From the NCBI RefSeq assembly GCF_006345805.1, contig NC_043008.1:25792001-25856000 (forward strand): a DNA stretch of 64,000 nucleotides, read 5' to 3'. Origin of the DNA: Octopus sinensis (taxonomy: Eukaryota). Below the pieces are notes generated by a model. That model was not told where the DNA came from. It was given only the letters and a program-made list of their open reading frames with translations, and made no database searches. The position numbers and the translations under genes are program-made. How positions within the stretch are numbered: the stretch's first letter is position 1; each line of letters starts with the position of its first letter. Positions 14,590 through 28,295 of this stretch are shown here, piece after piece.

Positions 14590-15636
14590 TGCATTGCACT
14601 ATGTGATACAACCACACACCATATCTTTTTCTTCTTACACTTAGTTTTTCACTCAATATTTTTGTGCCAGTTCTTTCATGCACACACACATTGAACATAT
14701 AACCGAACATGTTTGGTTCATTTCTTTTCAGTCTTCTCAAGTTATCTGCATTCAAGACCCATGTATCACTACCATGCAGCATTGCAGTTCTAACAAGAGC
14801 ACCATACTATTTGCTCTTAAGAAAAAAATATTTGTTGTCAATAGTGTTAGTATCTCCCTGAACTTTCTCCAACCAGTTCATACTCTAGCAACTATACTTT
14901 CAGAGCAATCATGTCTCTTGCTAATTAGATCTCCTAGGTGGCAAAAGCTATCAACTATGTCTAATGAGCCACTTGGGTATTTAAGGGACTCAGTTTCAGG
15001 CCTTTTCATACTACTCACTCCAGTGCCTCAATCATATATGAAGCTTATACATTCAGATAGTCTGTCAGAGATTGAACTACATCTTTTCTATGCCCATTTC
15101 TTGCATTAAATACAGGATATGGAATTTATAGCCACCTATTTTCTACATAGTGAGCAAGGCCATTTCTCTGAAAGTACCAGGATCTTGTCTTTTTTCTACT
15201 TATTAAAGCCTTTGTCTTTGCCAGGTTTATCTTCAAAGCCCCTCAATTGCAGGATTAGCTTCCATGCCTGGAATTTTTTCTCTAATTCTCCCTATAAGAT
15301 AGCTATGAGAACTAATTATCACCATATACAAGTTCCCGTGGACAGCCACTTTTAACTCCTAAGTGAAGCTTGGAAGACTGTGATGAATAAGAGAGGACTG
15401 ATGACTGATCCTTGATGGATTTCTTCTTTCATACTAAATTCATCAGTGAAGTTATTATCAACTCTTGCTTAACTCACATTATCCTTGTACATAGCTTGAA
15501 CTGTCAATACAAGCCATTTATCTGCATTCAGTTTCCTCTGAGTCCATCTAATTACTGATCATGGTACCCTGTCATATATTTTTTCAAAATCAATGAAAGC
15601 CAGGATTAGTAGTTCATTCTTTGCCAGGTATTTCTT
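14590..15636 (-). mobile_element. Degenerate RTE LINE (RT to C-terminal part)
   Basis: Collinear with 1480-2475 (MLHGSDTW, VDSFCHLGD, HQGSVISPLLF). Confidence 0.8.
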
Positions 15637-16392
15637 CTATCAGTAAAAGTGCTGTAATAGGCATGATATTATTAATTATTCGAACATGTTAAAGTACCGG
15701 ACAAAAAGAAATGAAAGCATAAAGAAATTGTAACTCAAGCTGGAATTTAAATTTTAATAATAAGCCTTTCAGGTGGTTTTAGATGGAAGCAATAAAAAAG
15801 ATGAAAGAAAAGTCTACGTTACACTTAGGTGGCATAATGGTAATGTTAAATTTCAAGTTTTATTTTTTAAACCTCTATATCACCTGCTCATTTACATATC
15901 TGTATGGAATCATAACCACCGTTTTATGCCAAGTCTGAGATAGATCAATCAAATTTTGCTTTGACGAAGTTTGTAAGTCAAGCTTTAAAAAAGACAGTTG
16001 TTGAAGAATATGTTTCTGAGTATCACGAGGCCAAGAGTTCTAAATTTCTAGAACTTCATAGGCGTAGATTCCAAATCATTTATCTCTAATGGGAATAAAT
16101 TTTCATATTTTAGTAGGGAAAGTTAGACTTCACTAGAACTATTACATCATACATCTCCCACTATCTCGGTGTGGACAGGATACTACTGTTTAGCTAACTC
16201 TTCCTAGGTACTGTATGATACATCATTGTCACTCTTTTCTCTAATATAAACTCATATTTCTGTATGACTGAAAATTAGCTCAGCTTCAGATGGCAAAACT
16301 ACTTAAATTTTCGAAATTTTGGAAGGCAGGCTACATGTCTATCATATAAGAGTGCTTTGAATCCTTCCCATTATCTGAATATACAAAAGGCA

Positions 16393-16427
<35 letters not shown>

Positions 16428-16539
16428 TGAATGTAACTTATTTACGTCTACAAACTAGCATGCATATTGCTCCAAATTTAGGAGGACATTCGTCATGATC
16501 CTAGCTGTATTTTCATCAACTTATTTTTCCCAGAGGCAT

Positions 16540-18022
16540 CAGTAAATAGCAGTAAAAATTAATTTTCAACCAAAACTTTTAACAATTTTCAAGTCGAAGA
16601 AATCACCATTGCTTGCAAACAGAAGTTAAGTTCCCTTCTAGCGACAAGTAAGTTAAGACTTTGGTTGTTTTTTTTCCATCGAGGAAAAAAGTGTTTTCTT
16701 GATATAGAGGTAACACACACACATACACACGAACATGTATGCGTACAAAAAACATGTATGCAATAGATGTACGTACGTATGTGTGTGTATATGCGTGTGT
16801 GTTGCCTATATATATATATATATATATATACTTAAGACTTAGGTGTAATCTGAACATAACCACTTCTAACACAGAGAATCAGGAGCCCTTTTGGGCATTC
16901 TATTTTCCTCGAGGGAATGGTTCCCAACCCATGGGCAAGGGTGGGGGTTACATGATGGGGGTGGTGTTTTCAAAGGGCTGGCATGTGCAACCTGATCACC
17001 TCTGTCGATCAAACTCCCAACCCATGCACATCCGTCGTGACACTGATTCTGCAGAACTGGGTTGGGTGCAAAAACCAACTTTAAATATAAATATAGATGT
17101 TTTTGAATCAGCAATATTGTGTTCGGTTAAATCCTATTTGGGGTGGAAAAATCAATAAACTGATTCCTTATGAGGTTTTCCATTTAATCAGGATAAAAAA
17201 AAAACTCGATATAGGCGCAGGAGTGGTTGTGTGGTAAGTAACTTGTTTACCAACCACATGGTTCCGGGTTCAGTCCCACTGCGTGGCACCTTGGGCAAGT
17301 GTCTTCTACTATAGCCCCGGGCCGACCAAAGCCTTGTGAATGGATTTGGTAGACGGAAACTGAAAAGATGCCCATCGTATATATGTATATATATATATGT
17401 GTGTGTGTGTTTGTGTGTCTGTATTTGTCCCCCTAGCATTGCTTGACAACCGATGCTGGTGTGTTTATGTCCCCGTTACTTAGCGGTTCAGCAAAAGACA
17501 CCGATAGAATAAGTACTGGGCTTACAAAAAGAATAAGTCCCGGGGTCGAGTTGCTCGATTAAAGGCGGTGCTCCAGCATGGCCGCAGTCAAAAGACTGAA
17601 ACAAGTAAAAGAGTAAAAGAGTATACCGATTCCTTATAGGATTTCCCAATAAAATTGGCTACACCGCATTTTCAACCATAACTTTTACCAATTTTGATGT
17701 ATTTTGTTCAAACATGATGCCAGCATTACTTAGGACTCATGGGATCTTTGAATGCTTTAAAACTGAATGCTTTAAAAATGCTTGAATGCTTTAAAACCGA
17801 AAAGCAAAAAAACTCGATAAATGGAAAAAAATCGATAAACCGATTCCTTATGGGATTACTCAATCAAGTTGTCTGCAACTCATTTTCTACCAAAAGTTAA
17901 CCAATTTCAATGTATTTTGCCCAAATTCGATGTTGATGTCATTTAGTTTGGTTTGAAATAAAGAACTTGATTAGCTTAATAATCCTAACTTAATCCCGGG
18001 CAAAGCCAGGCTATAATGCTAA
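16540..18022 (+). mobile_element. Probable Helitron-like element with internal imperfect repeats; 5' boundary unknown
   Basis: 3' end cccgggcaaagccagg then CTAA|T at 17995-18023. Repeated gattccttat(g/a)(g/a)g units near 17162, 17628 and 17842. Confidence 0.5.
17214..17622 (+). mobile_element. Full-length tRNA-derived SINE (octopus OK/OR-like)
   Basis: A-box-like tggttgtgtggt and B-box-like ggttcagtcc, central (TA)/(TG) tract, (gtaaaaga)n tail. Further partial copies near 8700-9100, 27060-27230, 28580-28910, 45933-46095, 47190-47345, 54278-54365 and 56535-56660. Confidence 0.9.
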
Positions 18023-18439
18023 TTTATTATATTTTATAGTAAATGTAGAAAGTTTCATATAGAATTTTCTTCATTAGAGAATGTTGGAAGCTAAAGAGGT
18101 AGATATTCTTTTATATTTGAATGAATCTAAAACCAACATTATCTTTTTTATTCTTCTAACATTTCCCAGAATAGTTTTAGGTTCCTACATCTTGTCCTCT
18201 GGTGTTTTTAAGATATATGAAGCATCCACTTTTACATGCTCTCATGGATCAGACAAGTGGATGCCCTTCCTGTTGTCACCTCTAGATTATAAGATTTCCA
18301 AACGAATTTCTTATGTACACATCTATATATATATATACACACACACATATGCAGGTTGAAGGCTATTGTATATTTACAAGATCTGCCAAATGTGTGCCTT
18401 CTTTTCAAATGAATAATGCTGCTGTCTCCATCTCAGGTT

Positions 18440-19052
18440 CTTGCCAGCTGACACCTTCCACACCCTCAGAGTGGGCACACTTGATGTTGAAGAAGTGTCA
18501 CACCCAAACAGTGGAAGAGGTAGACCCAGGAAGACTTGGGATGAGGTGGGGAAGCACGACCTTCAAACGTTGGGCCTCACAGAGAAAATGGTAAGTGACC
18601 AAGATCTTTGAAGTTATACTGTACTTGAGAAGACCCAGCAAGCCAAGTGAGATTGTAGCTATGGTCAATGCCAGTGTCGCATAACCTCCCATTTAAAAGA
18701 AAACTTCAATCGCCAGACAATATGTTGTGCTTGAGAAGACCTGTTGAGTCAAGTGAAATAATTGACATGGCCGATGCCAATGGCCCTAGAATGGCAACTG
18801 TGCCAATGGCACATAAAAAGCACCATTTGAGTGTGGTGATACCATTGCGGACTGACTGAATCCCATGCTAGTGGCATATAAAAAGCACCCACTACACTCT
18901 CAGAGTAGTTGGCATTAAGAAGGGCATCCAGCAGTAGAACCTTGCCAGATCAGATTGGAGCCTGGTGTAGCCTCCTGGCTTACCAGTCCTAAATCAAACG
19001 GTCCAACCCATACCAACATGGAAAGCGGACATTAAAAGATGATGATGATGAT
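18440..19052 (+). mobile_element. RTE LINE 3' fragment
   Basis: aagaagtgtcacacc...ggaagaggtagacccaggaagacttggg through the (GAT)n tail, matching 24735-25441. Confidence 0.85.
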
Positions 19053-19122
19053 ATGCATATGTATACACACACACACACACTTATACGTATAAGACAATTG
19101 TTTATTCCTTTGTCATTCATTT

Positions 19123-19484
19123 TCTTTATATATATATATATATATATATAAAACTGAAAATGTGTGTCTGTCTGTTTGTGTGTTTCCTAAAACTTGGGAA
19201 CTACACAACCAATTTCGTTCCAATTTTACACATGCCTTACTTAGGGTCCAGGGAGTGTCATCGGCAAAAAAATGTTTAACGTCTTGCCTAGGGCGAGCCC
19301 ACAGCAATATCATATCTTCTCCCCTATGATTCCCTAAAACTTGAGAACTACACAACCAATTTCATTCAAATTTTACACATGCCTTACTTAGGGTTCATGT
19401 AGTTTCCTGGGCAAAAAAATGTTCAACTTCTTGCCTAGGGAGAGCCTATAGCAATATCATATCTTCTCCACTATTTCAGTATTA
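19123..19484 (+). mobile_element. Helitron 5' fragment with internal tandem duplication
   Basis: TC(TA)nAAAACTG start. The cctaaaacttg...gcaatatcatatcttctcc unit occurs twice. Confidence 0.75.
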
Positions 19485-19637
19485 AGCAACTCAATCATCA
19501 TTGAATGATATTATCCACAATATGTACATAGAGGTCTAAATATTAAAATTATCAAAATTGATACCTACTATTCTTATTCCAAATAATCGATATTAATACC
19601 TTCAATTCTCATTAGAAATCATATACTTTACATTAAC

Positions 19638-19742
19638 TAGACTGCGCGCGTTTCATGACAATATATTCCTCGATATTGCAGAAATAGAATGTCTCTATAC
19701 AATACCATATTAATACGATTATATTGCCAATATTCAGGTCTA
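19638..19742 (-). ncRNA. Degenerate minimal hammerhead motif with long stem II
   Basis: Minus strand: stem I tagac/gtcta, core CTGAATA, stem II tggcaatata/tatattgtca, GAAA-C-gcgc-G-CA. Confidence 0.6.
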
Positions 19743-20674
19743 TCTTATATACTCTTCTTTTGCTATTTACATCCTATATTAAGACATGACAAACTAAAAT
19801 CATATAACTAGAAGTTATTGGAATAATTTTACTTTAGTAAATAAGGAACAGAAATATCGAATAAAAGTAAGAAAAAGAAATGTTAGTAAAAAGAAATGTT
19901 AACTTATCTGTATGGTAATTTTCTCTCCATGAATTAAACATGGCTACCAGCAATCGTATATCCAACATTGAGAGCTACTTTATGGAGGAGATAGTCGTTA
20001 TTAGCACTTAAAATGTTCTTAAAAGGTGTTTACTATTATTTATGATAATAATAAATCAGGAGAAGCCAGAAGTGAGTGTATGATGGGAAATGTCTTTTTT
20101 TCTGGTTAATTTATTTTATTTATATGTTAACTTTGATAAATAATAAATTTCTAGGCCGGTAAATAGGTAAACTAAATTACTCAACATAAGATTTTAAAAA
20201 TATTTTTAAATAAGTAAAAGTCAGTAAAAATCTAATTCTTTTATTATCTTTATAATTATAATACAATTAATATATATTGATTATACTATTATTCTTAAAA
20301 TTGACGTTATTCTTAAACTTGAGTTTCTAAATTAAGATTAAAAATTTAGAATAATACCATCTAATATTATGCTATAAGTTTTTATTAAGAAACTAAATTA
20401 TCTGAAATTAGAAGTTAATTAAATATTATCTTACATTTATACATAAATAAGTAGATATATTCTAGTTATACTAAATATTAAAATATGATTATACATTATA
20501 TCTAAGTACTGTGATTAAATTTTATTCGATTTAAAATTAGGGTTTTATTTATTTTATAAAGAATCAAATGTTATCTCATCTTATTAAATAGGCAATTCAG
20601 TTTATGTTTACATTTAATTTTTCTTTCATCTTGGTATTTTGATCAGTCTTATGTTTTATTAAAAGCTAAAATAA

Positions 20675-20855
20675 CACGTGGTCAACCTGAGTGAGGTGAT
20701 GTCGACTCCTTTCTCTCTCTGGCAAATTGCACAATCACTCTATTAACTGTAGAAAGTGGGATCCCAAGGTTTTCTGTGATTTTGCACTATTTCCAGCCAC
20801 AGTACCGCCTCTTTGAAATTCAAACAGTTCCAAGGCTTCTTTTGCACATGGCATG
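20675..20855 (-). mobile_element. Tc1 transposase N-terminal HTH fragment
   Basis: MPCAKEALELFEFQRG... then, frameshifted, [31 protein letters not shown] (GRP-like). Confidence 0.7.
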
Positions 20856-20983
20856 ATTAAACAGTCACATACAGAACCTGAAACATTAAAATCCCAATTA
20901 ATAAAAAATTTTGTTCATTACAAGTTAGAATGAACATAAAATGTTTTATGGTGTCTTACTTACTCCTGTCGTGTCTGTGTATA

Positions 20984-21600
20984 TTGGGTCAGCCCATAAA
21001 TAATGTGACGTTTTTCAATTGCATGAACTAGAAGTTGGAGAAGGACGAGATAAACTACCTGCATCAATTTGCTATAAAGGCAGGTAGTAATTTTACCTTG
21101 TACTTATTCTTAGAGCAAATTTTGAAGAGTGCATTTCGATTTTAACAGTTATCTTTTCAAAGCTATAATGGAAGCAACAAAGAAGCATACTCAGCATACT
21201 TTACTTTATGATATCAGTAAAGGAAACAATGCAATGTAAAGTGCAAGGAATATTAATGCAGTATATGGGGATTGGACAATAAGCGTAAGCCTGTGTCAGC
21301 CGTGGTTCCAGAAATTTTGAGCCGGAAACTACAGCCTAGAAGACAAGCCTCATCCTGAAAGATCTGTAGAGCTTGACGAGGACATCCTACAAATGCTAGT
21401 GGAACAAATTCCTATCATAGCTGTTAAGGAATTAGCAGAGAAGCGTGGATTGGGTCATTCAACCATTCATTGACACCTGCATGCCATCAGAAAAGTCAGA
21501 AAACTGGTCTCATACTTTGACTAATCAAAACATCTTTATCTTTAATTTTTCCAGAATAAAATTGTTTCTGAAATCGGCCATTATTTTCAGAACAACCTAA
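20984..21600 (+). mobile_element. Internally deleted mariner element
   Basis: TA-flanked imperfect TIRs ttgggtcagcccataaataatg / cattattttcagaacaacctaa. Remnant ORF MEATKKH...NINAVYG...WFQKF*AGNYSLEDKPHPERS...VKELAEK. Confidence 0.85.
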
Positions 21601-22479
21601 TATATATATCATTGGTAATATGGTGAGCTATTGTATGTTCAAATTTTGCCAAATGCAGCTTTGTCAATATTTATTTTGTTTGCAATGGTCGGTTCTTTTG
21701 GTCAAACTATCATATCTCCAACTTCTTCAGATGTCAAGATATCAAAAATTGTCAAAGTGTAGTACAATGTTTTTGCTATGGAATGGTGAAACTATTTTTT
21801 CCTTTTCTGAAAAAGCAACATTTTGGACTTACAACACTTTTGTATAATAGAAATGAGACACACATACACACACACACACACACAAACTACATTTATACAT
21901 ATACGACAGGTTTCTTGTATTTGTGTGAGTAATTTTTAACTGTTAATGTTGTTTTGGATTATAAATAATGGTAATAACACATATTGCCAAAAACATTTTT
22001 ACAACTGCTGTGAGGAAAATAGCCTAGTAACAGGAAACTATGAGAGTCTGAATAATTCTTAGTGTGTTAGAGTATTTTTTGACTTGTAATATAAAAGTAA
22101 TGTGTACAAAGCATACAAACGCATGTATGTATGTAGGTGCATATATATATATAACATATATATCAGGAAAAAGTTAAAAATTACGACCAGTACTTATAAT
22201 TCCTTTACTAGAGCAAATTTGGCTTACAAATGTTTCCAGTTGTCATTATAGTTACATTCCTGGTAGGCTTACTCAAATGGCCTATTGATCAACTGAGGTA
22301 AATTTGAACAACCTAAGAAAATTATTGCTACTTTCGTCAGTCATTGCTGGAAATAACAAGCAGAGCACTTGAAGAATGGCTATTGCATGAGGACGTTGGG
22401 GTAAGATTGGGATGTTTAAGTAGAATAAGTGAAGGCAGGTTACAAGGGAGGAAAAACTGAGGGAGTTGTACTTAGGAGA

Positions 22480-22690
22480 AGTAGCAGTATTTGTAGTTGT
22501 AGTAGTAGGAATTTTGTATTGCCACATTTGAACAAGGAGGCGAACACTCAGGATGTTGTTAAACCATATCTTGAAGTCTTCTACATACATTTCGCCAGAT
22601 GCACTCCAAAAATGCCCGATGGGATAAATTATGGTCAGCAATGCATCAATCTTATCAGGAAGGATATAAATAACAAACTCATCAAATAGA
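22480..22690 (-). mobile_element. Possible Penelope-like RT remnant
   Basis: PIGHFWSASGEMYVEDF...WQY loosely resembles the Penelope RT PMGS..S...A..YME.FE...W.RY segment. Confidence 0.35.
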
Positions 22691-22871
22691 AATGTTAACA
22701 GAAATATAAAGTCCTATAAGATGTAACATATTTATATTCATATGCATACAAGCATACACACACACTCAAAAAACGCACAAACATATACAAAGACATATAC
22801 ATACACATGCATTAATATATGTACACATAGACAAATATATATATATATATATTATCCATACACACAAAATA

Positions 22872-25441
22872 ACGTGGTGGTGGAACAATGTTGTTGACAG
22901 GGCTATTGGACAAAAGAAACAGGCTTGGAAGGACTGGAAGAACGGTGGTAGCAGGGAATTGTATCAGAGTGCCAGAAGGGAAGCGAGGAGGCAGGTTTAT
23001 TTAGGGGAAGCAGATAAGAAAAAATTTGCCAATGTTCTGCGCCATGAGGACATAAGACTTGAGGTATTTCCTGTTGCAAGACAGTGTGTGAGGGAGAATC
23101 GTGATGTTATAGGAGAGAAATGTGTTCGCATGGATGATGGTTCACTTGCGCTAAATTAGGATGCAAAGAGGGAGGTTTGGAGACGCCACTATGAAAGGTT
23201 GCTGAATAAAGGAAATGAATGGGAGAAAGAGAGTCTGCCGAATGTTGACCCAACAAAGGGACCAGCTATCCAAGTTGACAGTACCTTGGTAAATAAGGCA
23301 ATTAGAAGTATGAAGACAGGGAAAGCCCCCGGCCCATCAGGAATTACTGCAGAGATGCTCAAAATATCTGGCAGTGTCGGCTATAGCCTAGTCACCCATA
23401 TAGTTAACCAGGTGATACACGAAAGAGTCATACCCAATGACTGGTGTAGCAGCATAATAGTCAACTGCTACAAAAGTAAAGGTGACGCTTTAGATGCAGA
23501 TAATTACTCAGGCATCAAGCTGTTGGATCAGGTAATGAAGGTTACGGAGAGGGTCATAGCCCAACTGATTTGGGAGAGAGTCACCTTGGATGAGATGCAG
23601 TCTGGGTTTGTGCCAGGGAAAAGTACCACTGATGCCATATTTCTGTAAGACAGCTGCAGCAGAAATACCTAGCCAAAGATAAGCCCCTGTACCTGGCTAT
23701 TGTTGACATGGAGAAAGCCTTTGACAGGGTCCCTCGATCCCTTATCTGGTGGTCAATGAGGAAACAAGGGATAAATGGATGGTTAGTGAGAGCTGTGCAA
23801 GCCATGTACAGGAATGCTGTCAGTAAGGTGAGGGTTGGCAATCAGTACACTGAAGAATTCAGGGTAGAGGTAGGGGTCCACCAAGTTTCAGTCTTCAGCT
23901 CCCTCCTATTTATTATAGTCATCCTGGCAATAACGGAGGAATTCAAGACAGGATGCCCCTGGGAGCTCCTCTATGCTGATGATGTTGCTCTAATTGCTGA
24001 GTCACTATCAGAACTAGAGGAGAAGTTTCAAGTGTGGAAACTTAGAATCGAAGGGCCTTAGAATCAACCTAGCTAAAACCAAAGTCCTAATAAGTAGGAA
24101 GGCAAACCACAAATCTCTTCTTGTAGATGGCCCTGCCCAATCTGTAGTAGAGGCGTAGGTAGAAATTCTATAAGATGTACCCAGTGTAAGCTATGGAAAC
24201 ATAAGAGGTGCAGCAATATCAAAGGAAGGCTCACTGGGAAGATAGTTTTTATATGTGGCAGATGCTCGGGAGCAATAAACACCGAAAATGCATAGAGAAC
24301 AACTTCCGCCACATTCCAGGGAGAAAAACGAGAAGTAGTTGGTAGCTTCCGTTACCTAGGTGACCAAATCAGTAGCGGAGGAGGGTGCGCTGGAAGTGTA
24401 GCTGCTAGAATATGAATAGCTTGGGCAAAGTTCAGAGAGCTCTTACCTCTGCTGGGGACTAAGGGCCTCTCGCTCAGAGTAAAAGGTAGACTGTATGACG
24501 CTTGTGTACGAACAGCCATGCTACATGGGCTGTGACTGCAGAGGACATGTGTAAGCTTGCAAGGAATGAAGCCAGTATTCTCCGATGGGCGTGTAATGTC
24601 AGTGTGCATACTCGACAGAGTGTAAGTACCTTGAGAGAAAAGTTGGACGTAAGAAGCATCTGATGTAGTGTACAAGAGAAATGACTGTGCTGGTATGGTC
24701 ATGTGGCAAGAATGGATGAGGATAGCTGTGTCAAAAAGTGCCACACCCTAGTGTTTCAGGGAACCTGTGGAAGAGGTAGACCCAGGAAGACCTGGGATGA
24801 AGTGGTGAAGCACGGCCTTCGAACATTAGGCCTCACCAAGGAAATGACTAGTGACCGAGACTTTTGGAAATATGCTATGCTTGAGAAGACCCGGCAAGCC
24901 AAATAAGACCATATCCCGTAGCCTATGCCAGGAGCGCAACCAGCCCACTTATGTGTACCTTTTCCGTCTTTGGACACTAAACTGTGCTTGCGAAAAACTG
25001 TTGAGGCAAGTGAAATCAAAATCAAAATCAAAATCACATTCGATGACTGGCATCCGTGCTAGCGGGGTGCAAAGAGCACCATATGAGTGTGATCGTTGAC
25101 AGAGTGACTAACCGGCTTCCGTGCTAGTGGCACATAAAAGGCACCATCCATATGTGATCGTTACCAGCGTTGCCTTACTGGCACCTGTGCCGGTGGCATG
25201 TGTAAAAATATTCGAGCGAGGTCATTGCCAGTATCGCCTTATTAGCCCCTGTGCCGGTGGCACATAAAAAGCACCCACTACACTTTCGGAGTGGTTGGCG
25301 TTAGGAAGGGCATCCAGCTGTAGAAACTCTGCCAGATCAAGATTGGAGCCTGGTGCAGCCATCTGGTTCGCCAGCCCTCAGTCAAAATCATCCAACCCAT
25401 GCTAGCATGGAAAGCGGACGTTAAACGATGATGATGATGAT
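22872..25441 (+). mobile_element. 5'-truncated RTE LINE (same family as 675-5330)
   Basis: ORFs 22959-24906: KAPGPSGITAEML, DMEKAFD, LLYADD, GRGRPRKTW. Ends in (GAT)n. Confidence 0.95.
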
Positions 25442-25639
25442 TATGACACACACACACACACATATTATATGGCAAATGAAAGACGGAAATATATATACAT
25501 AAATATATACATATACATACACACTCAGACACAAAAGCGCATACATACACATACATAAGCATATTAACGTACTTCAAAATATAATATATAAAATGTGACC
25601 AAGGGAAAAGAAATTGAATCTCTAAAGGATAGCAAACTG

Positions 25640-26300
25640 AAGCTAAATAAAATCAGTAGAAGACCTATAAACATTTGCATAAAACAATTAGGGAATTCCC
25701 ATTTATTGCCTTGTCGTTATACCCATCTCAAGCTATATTTCTCACTATATTATTTAAGTTAACTAGGGAACCTGCTAAATGATTTATTAAAAATATGTTT
25801 TCACCTTATCCCTAATTCCTGCAAAAAATTTCCTTGGAATATTTGTATCTATTTGGACACCAAATGGAACATTAAACCATATAGCTTCTCTATGTTTCTT
25901 TTTTCTATTCATGTTGTGCTCTATCTTTCACTTAATCTTTCCTGCATTATTCAGTTTATGTATATTATGATTTTTGTTATCATACCTACACACCCTCCAA
26001 TCTCGGTCATTAGCTCTAGTATCTAATTTAAGTATCCACCTCATCTTACTCTGGCCATCATTAAGAGGTGAGTTGTATTTCTTGTTTGCCTACAAGTAGA
26101 TCAAGAGTTCCTTCCTCTAGTTTATCACGGTTTCACATTCTTGTTGTTTTTGCTACATATTAGGAGTATCTCACCCTCTGGTGGTTCTACTGTATGATTA
26201 TTTTTTGCATTTGATTTTCACTTGCAACTATTCAAATTATCATTTGTTGTGACTCTACAATTACCCCTCCTGCTTGTACCTAACTTAGGTTCTATATGTG
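25640..26300 (-). mobile_element. Penelope-like element remnant (RT to GIY-YIG linker)
   Basis: Minus translation RKKKHREAIWFNVPFGVQIDTNIPRKFF resembles the Penelope-like R.R..IWFNPPF....TNI...F motif. Confidence 0.5.
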
Positions 26301-27020
26301 AGGTTATATCTTTTTCAGTTTCTGAGTCGTCCGTATCTGTGTATTTGATTTTTCCATTTATAGCCAGCCTCACTCATTGCTAAAATATAGTAACCTATGT
26401 GCCTATTAAATATGTCCCTGTTAGTTGACAACAGAGATATTCTAGCTGACACCCTCGTTGAGATAGTGTTTATATATATATATATATATATACATATAAA
26501 TAAAAGGAAAATTTGAAGATGTACCAGTCTTAGTATTCTTTGTAATTGTCTTAGATTTACACTCCCGAAAATATTCATAATCCAGTGAAGCGAACCCAGG
26601 ATTTACCCACCAGATGAATTACAGTGGGATTTCTCAACCTTAAGCAATCATAGGTGCTTCCTAGTACCCAATGCAGTAACCAGAACCGGTATTATAACTG
26701 AGTGCTAGTATGGTGCCTGCCTGGATAATTTATTCCTATATGCTTATTGTATATATATATATATATAAATATTTAAAATCATCATCATCATCTTAATGTT
26801 CCATGCTCACATGGGTTTAGATGGATATTTAATGAGGCAGATTTTCTAGAGTTTGATACTCTTCCTGTTACCAACCCTCACCTGTTTCTAAGTAAGTTAA
26901 TATTTCCAGTGACTACACGTTTTCATTGAAGATTTGATATGAAGGACATTGCTTCCATGATATCAGCTATCATGTGATGTCAGATCAAAGAAACAGTAAC
27001 ACACATGCATGCATGCACAC

Positions 27021-27063
<43 letters not shown>

Positions 27064-28020
27064 ACATTTATACATATACAACAGGCTTCTTTCAGTTTCT
27101 GACAACAAAATTTGCTTGCATGGCTTTGGTTGGCTTGGGGTTATAGTAGAAGACACCATGCATGCTACACTGTGGGATTGAGCCTAGATGCATGTGGTTG
27201 GGAGGCAAATTTCTTACCACACAGCTACACCTCTATGCACACACACAGATGCACACACAGCACACACACACATATATATATATTCATATGTATGTGCATA
27301 CATGTATGCATGCTTATGTGTTTTCTTAGCTTCCAGGACCATAATGCACCACTTCTTCCCTGGTCTCTCTCTTGGTCTTTGTTATCCTTCCAGCATCTGC
27401 TCTGTCACAATGGCAGCATGTCTCCCCTGTGTTAATTGAAGCATGTTTGGTTGCCATGTACTGCAAACTTCCTTTGCCAGCTCATCTCATAACTTCTTTG
27501 GTTCTCACTCTGTCGCTGTCCCAGTAAAAGATGCCCAGGACTGAATGTAGGCAGTGCCAGTGGAACATATTCAGCAATTAAAAGATCTTTGCTGTCTTCT
27601 TCCTGGTTTCACAGGCATAGGCAACTGTACAGTTTAGGGTGAAAACAAGTTTGTGGATTAGTGCTGTAAAGATCAAAATTATGTCAACTGGTGGAGCCTA
27701 AGCACAACTTGTCAATCTCAAACAAAATGAAATTAGGGATATCAATAAGCTTACATATTATGAAAGCTCTTTTTCCAACAAGGGTAATTCAGAAGAGGGC
27801 AACATCTCTATTCCAATGTCATCATTCAGTATGGAGATTGAAGACCATCAGTAAGAAGAAAAAGCTGTAGCTCTACTCATGTATTGTTACACCGATGAGT
27901 ACAGTATCATATTTATATTATTGAATTTTAGAGACTTATACTTACTATCAGCCTATTTAAACTTTTTACAGAGATGTACTTGCATAGCAAGTGACCTGAT
28001 CTGAGATCGTGTGCTGGAAC

Positions 28021-28295
28021 GAAAACAATCGCAGCATGGAAGGTGGTTATAAGCCATTTAAGAAACACACAAAAACCCTTAGATTCACTTCAACATTTAA
28101 ATTTAATTTGCCAAAATATTTTCGTCACTTTGTGACCGCAACCTGTTCACTGACAAAATTCCGTGCTGCATGGAATTTTGTCAGTCATGGTCTCAAAGAG
28201 ACAAAAATATTTTGGCAAATTAAATTTAAATGTTCAAGGTTTTTGTCTGTTTCTTAAATGGCTTATAAACACCTTCCGCGCTGCAATTGTTTTTG
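28021..28295. repeat. Fold-back element centred near 28167
   Basis: Arms ...ggaaggtggttataagccatttaagaaaca... and ...tgtttcttaaatggcttataaacaccttcc... are reverse complements. Confidence 0.88.
28107..28157 (-). ncRNA. Hammerhead-like motif with G3-C8 core (GUGAACA)
   Basis: Minus strand tttgtca-GTGAACA-g-gttgc ggtcacaaa gtgac-GAAA-atat-TT-tggcaaa. Stems I and II both pair. Confidence 0.6.
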
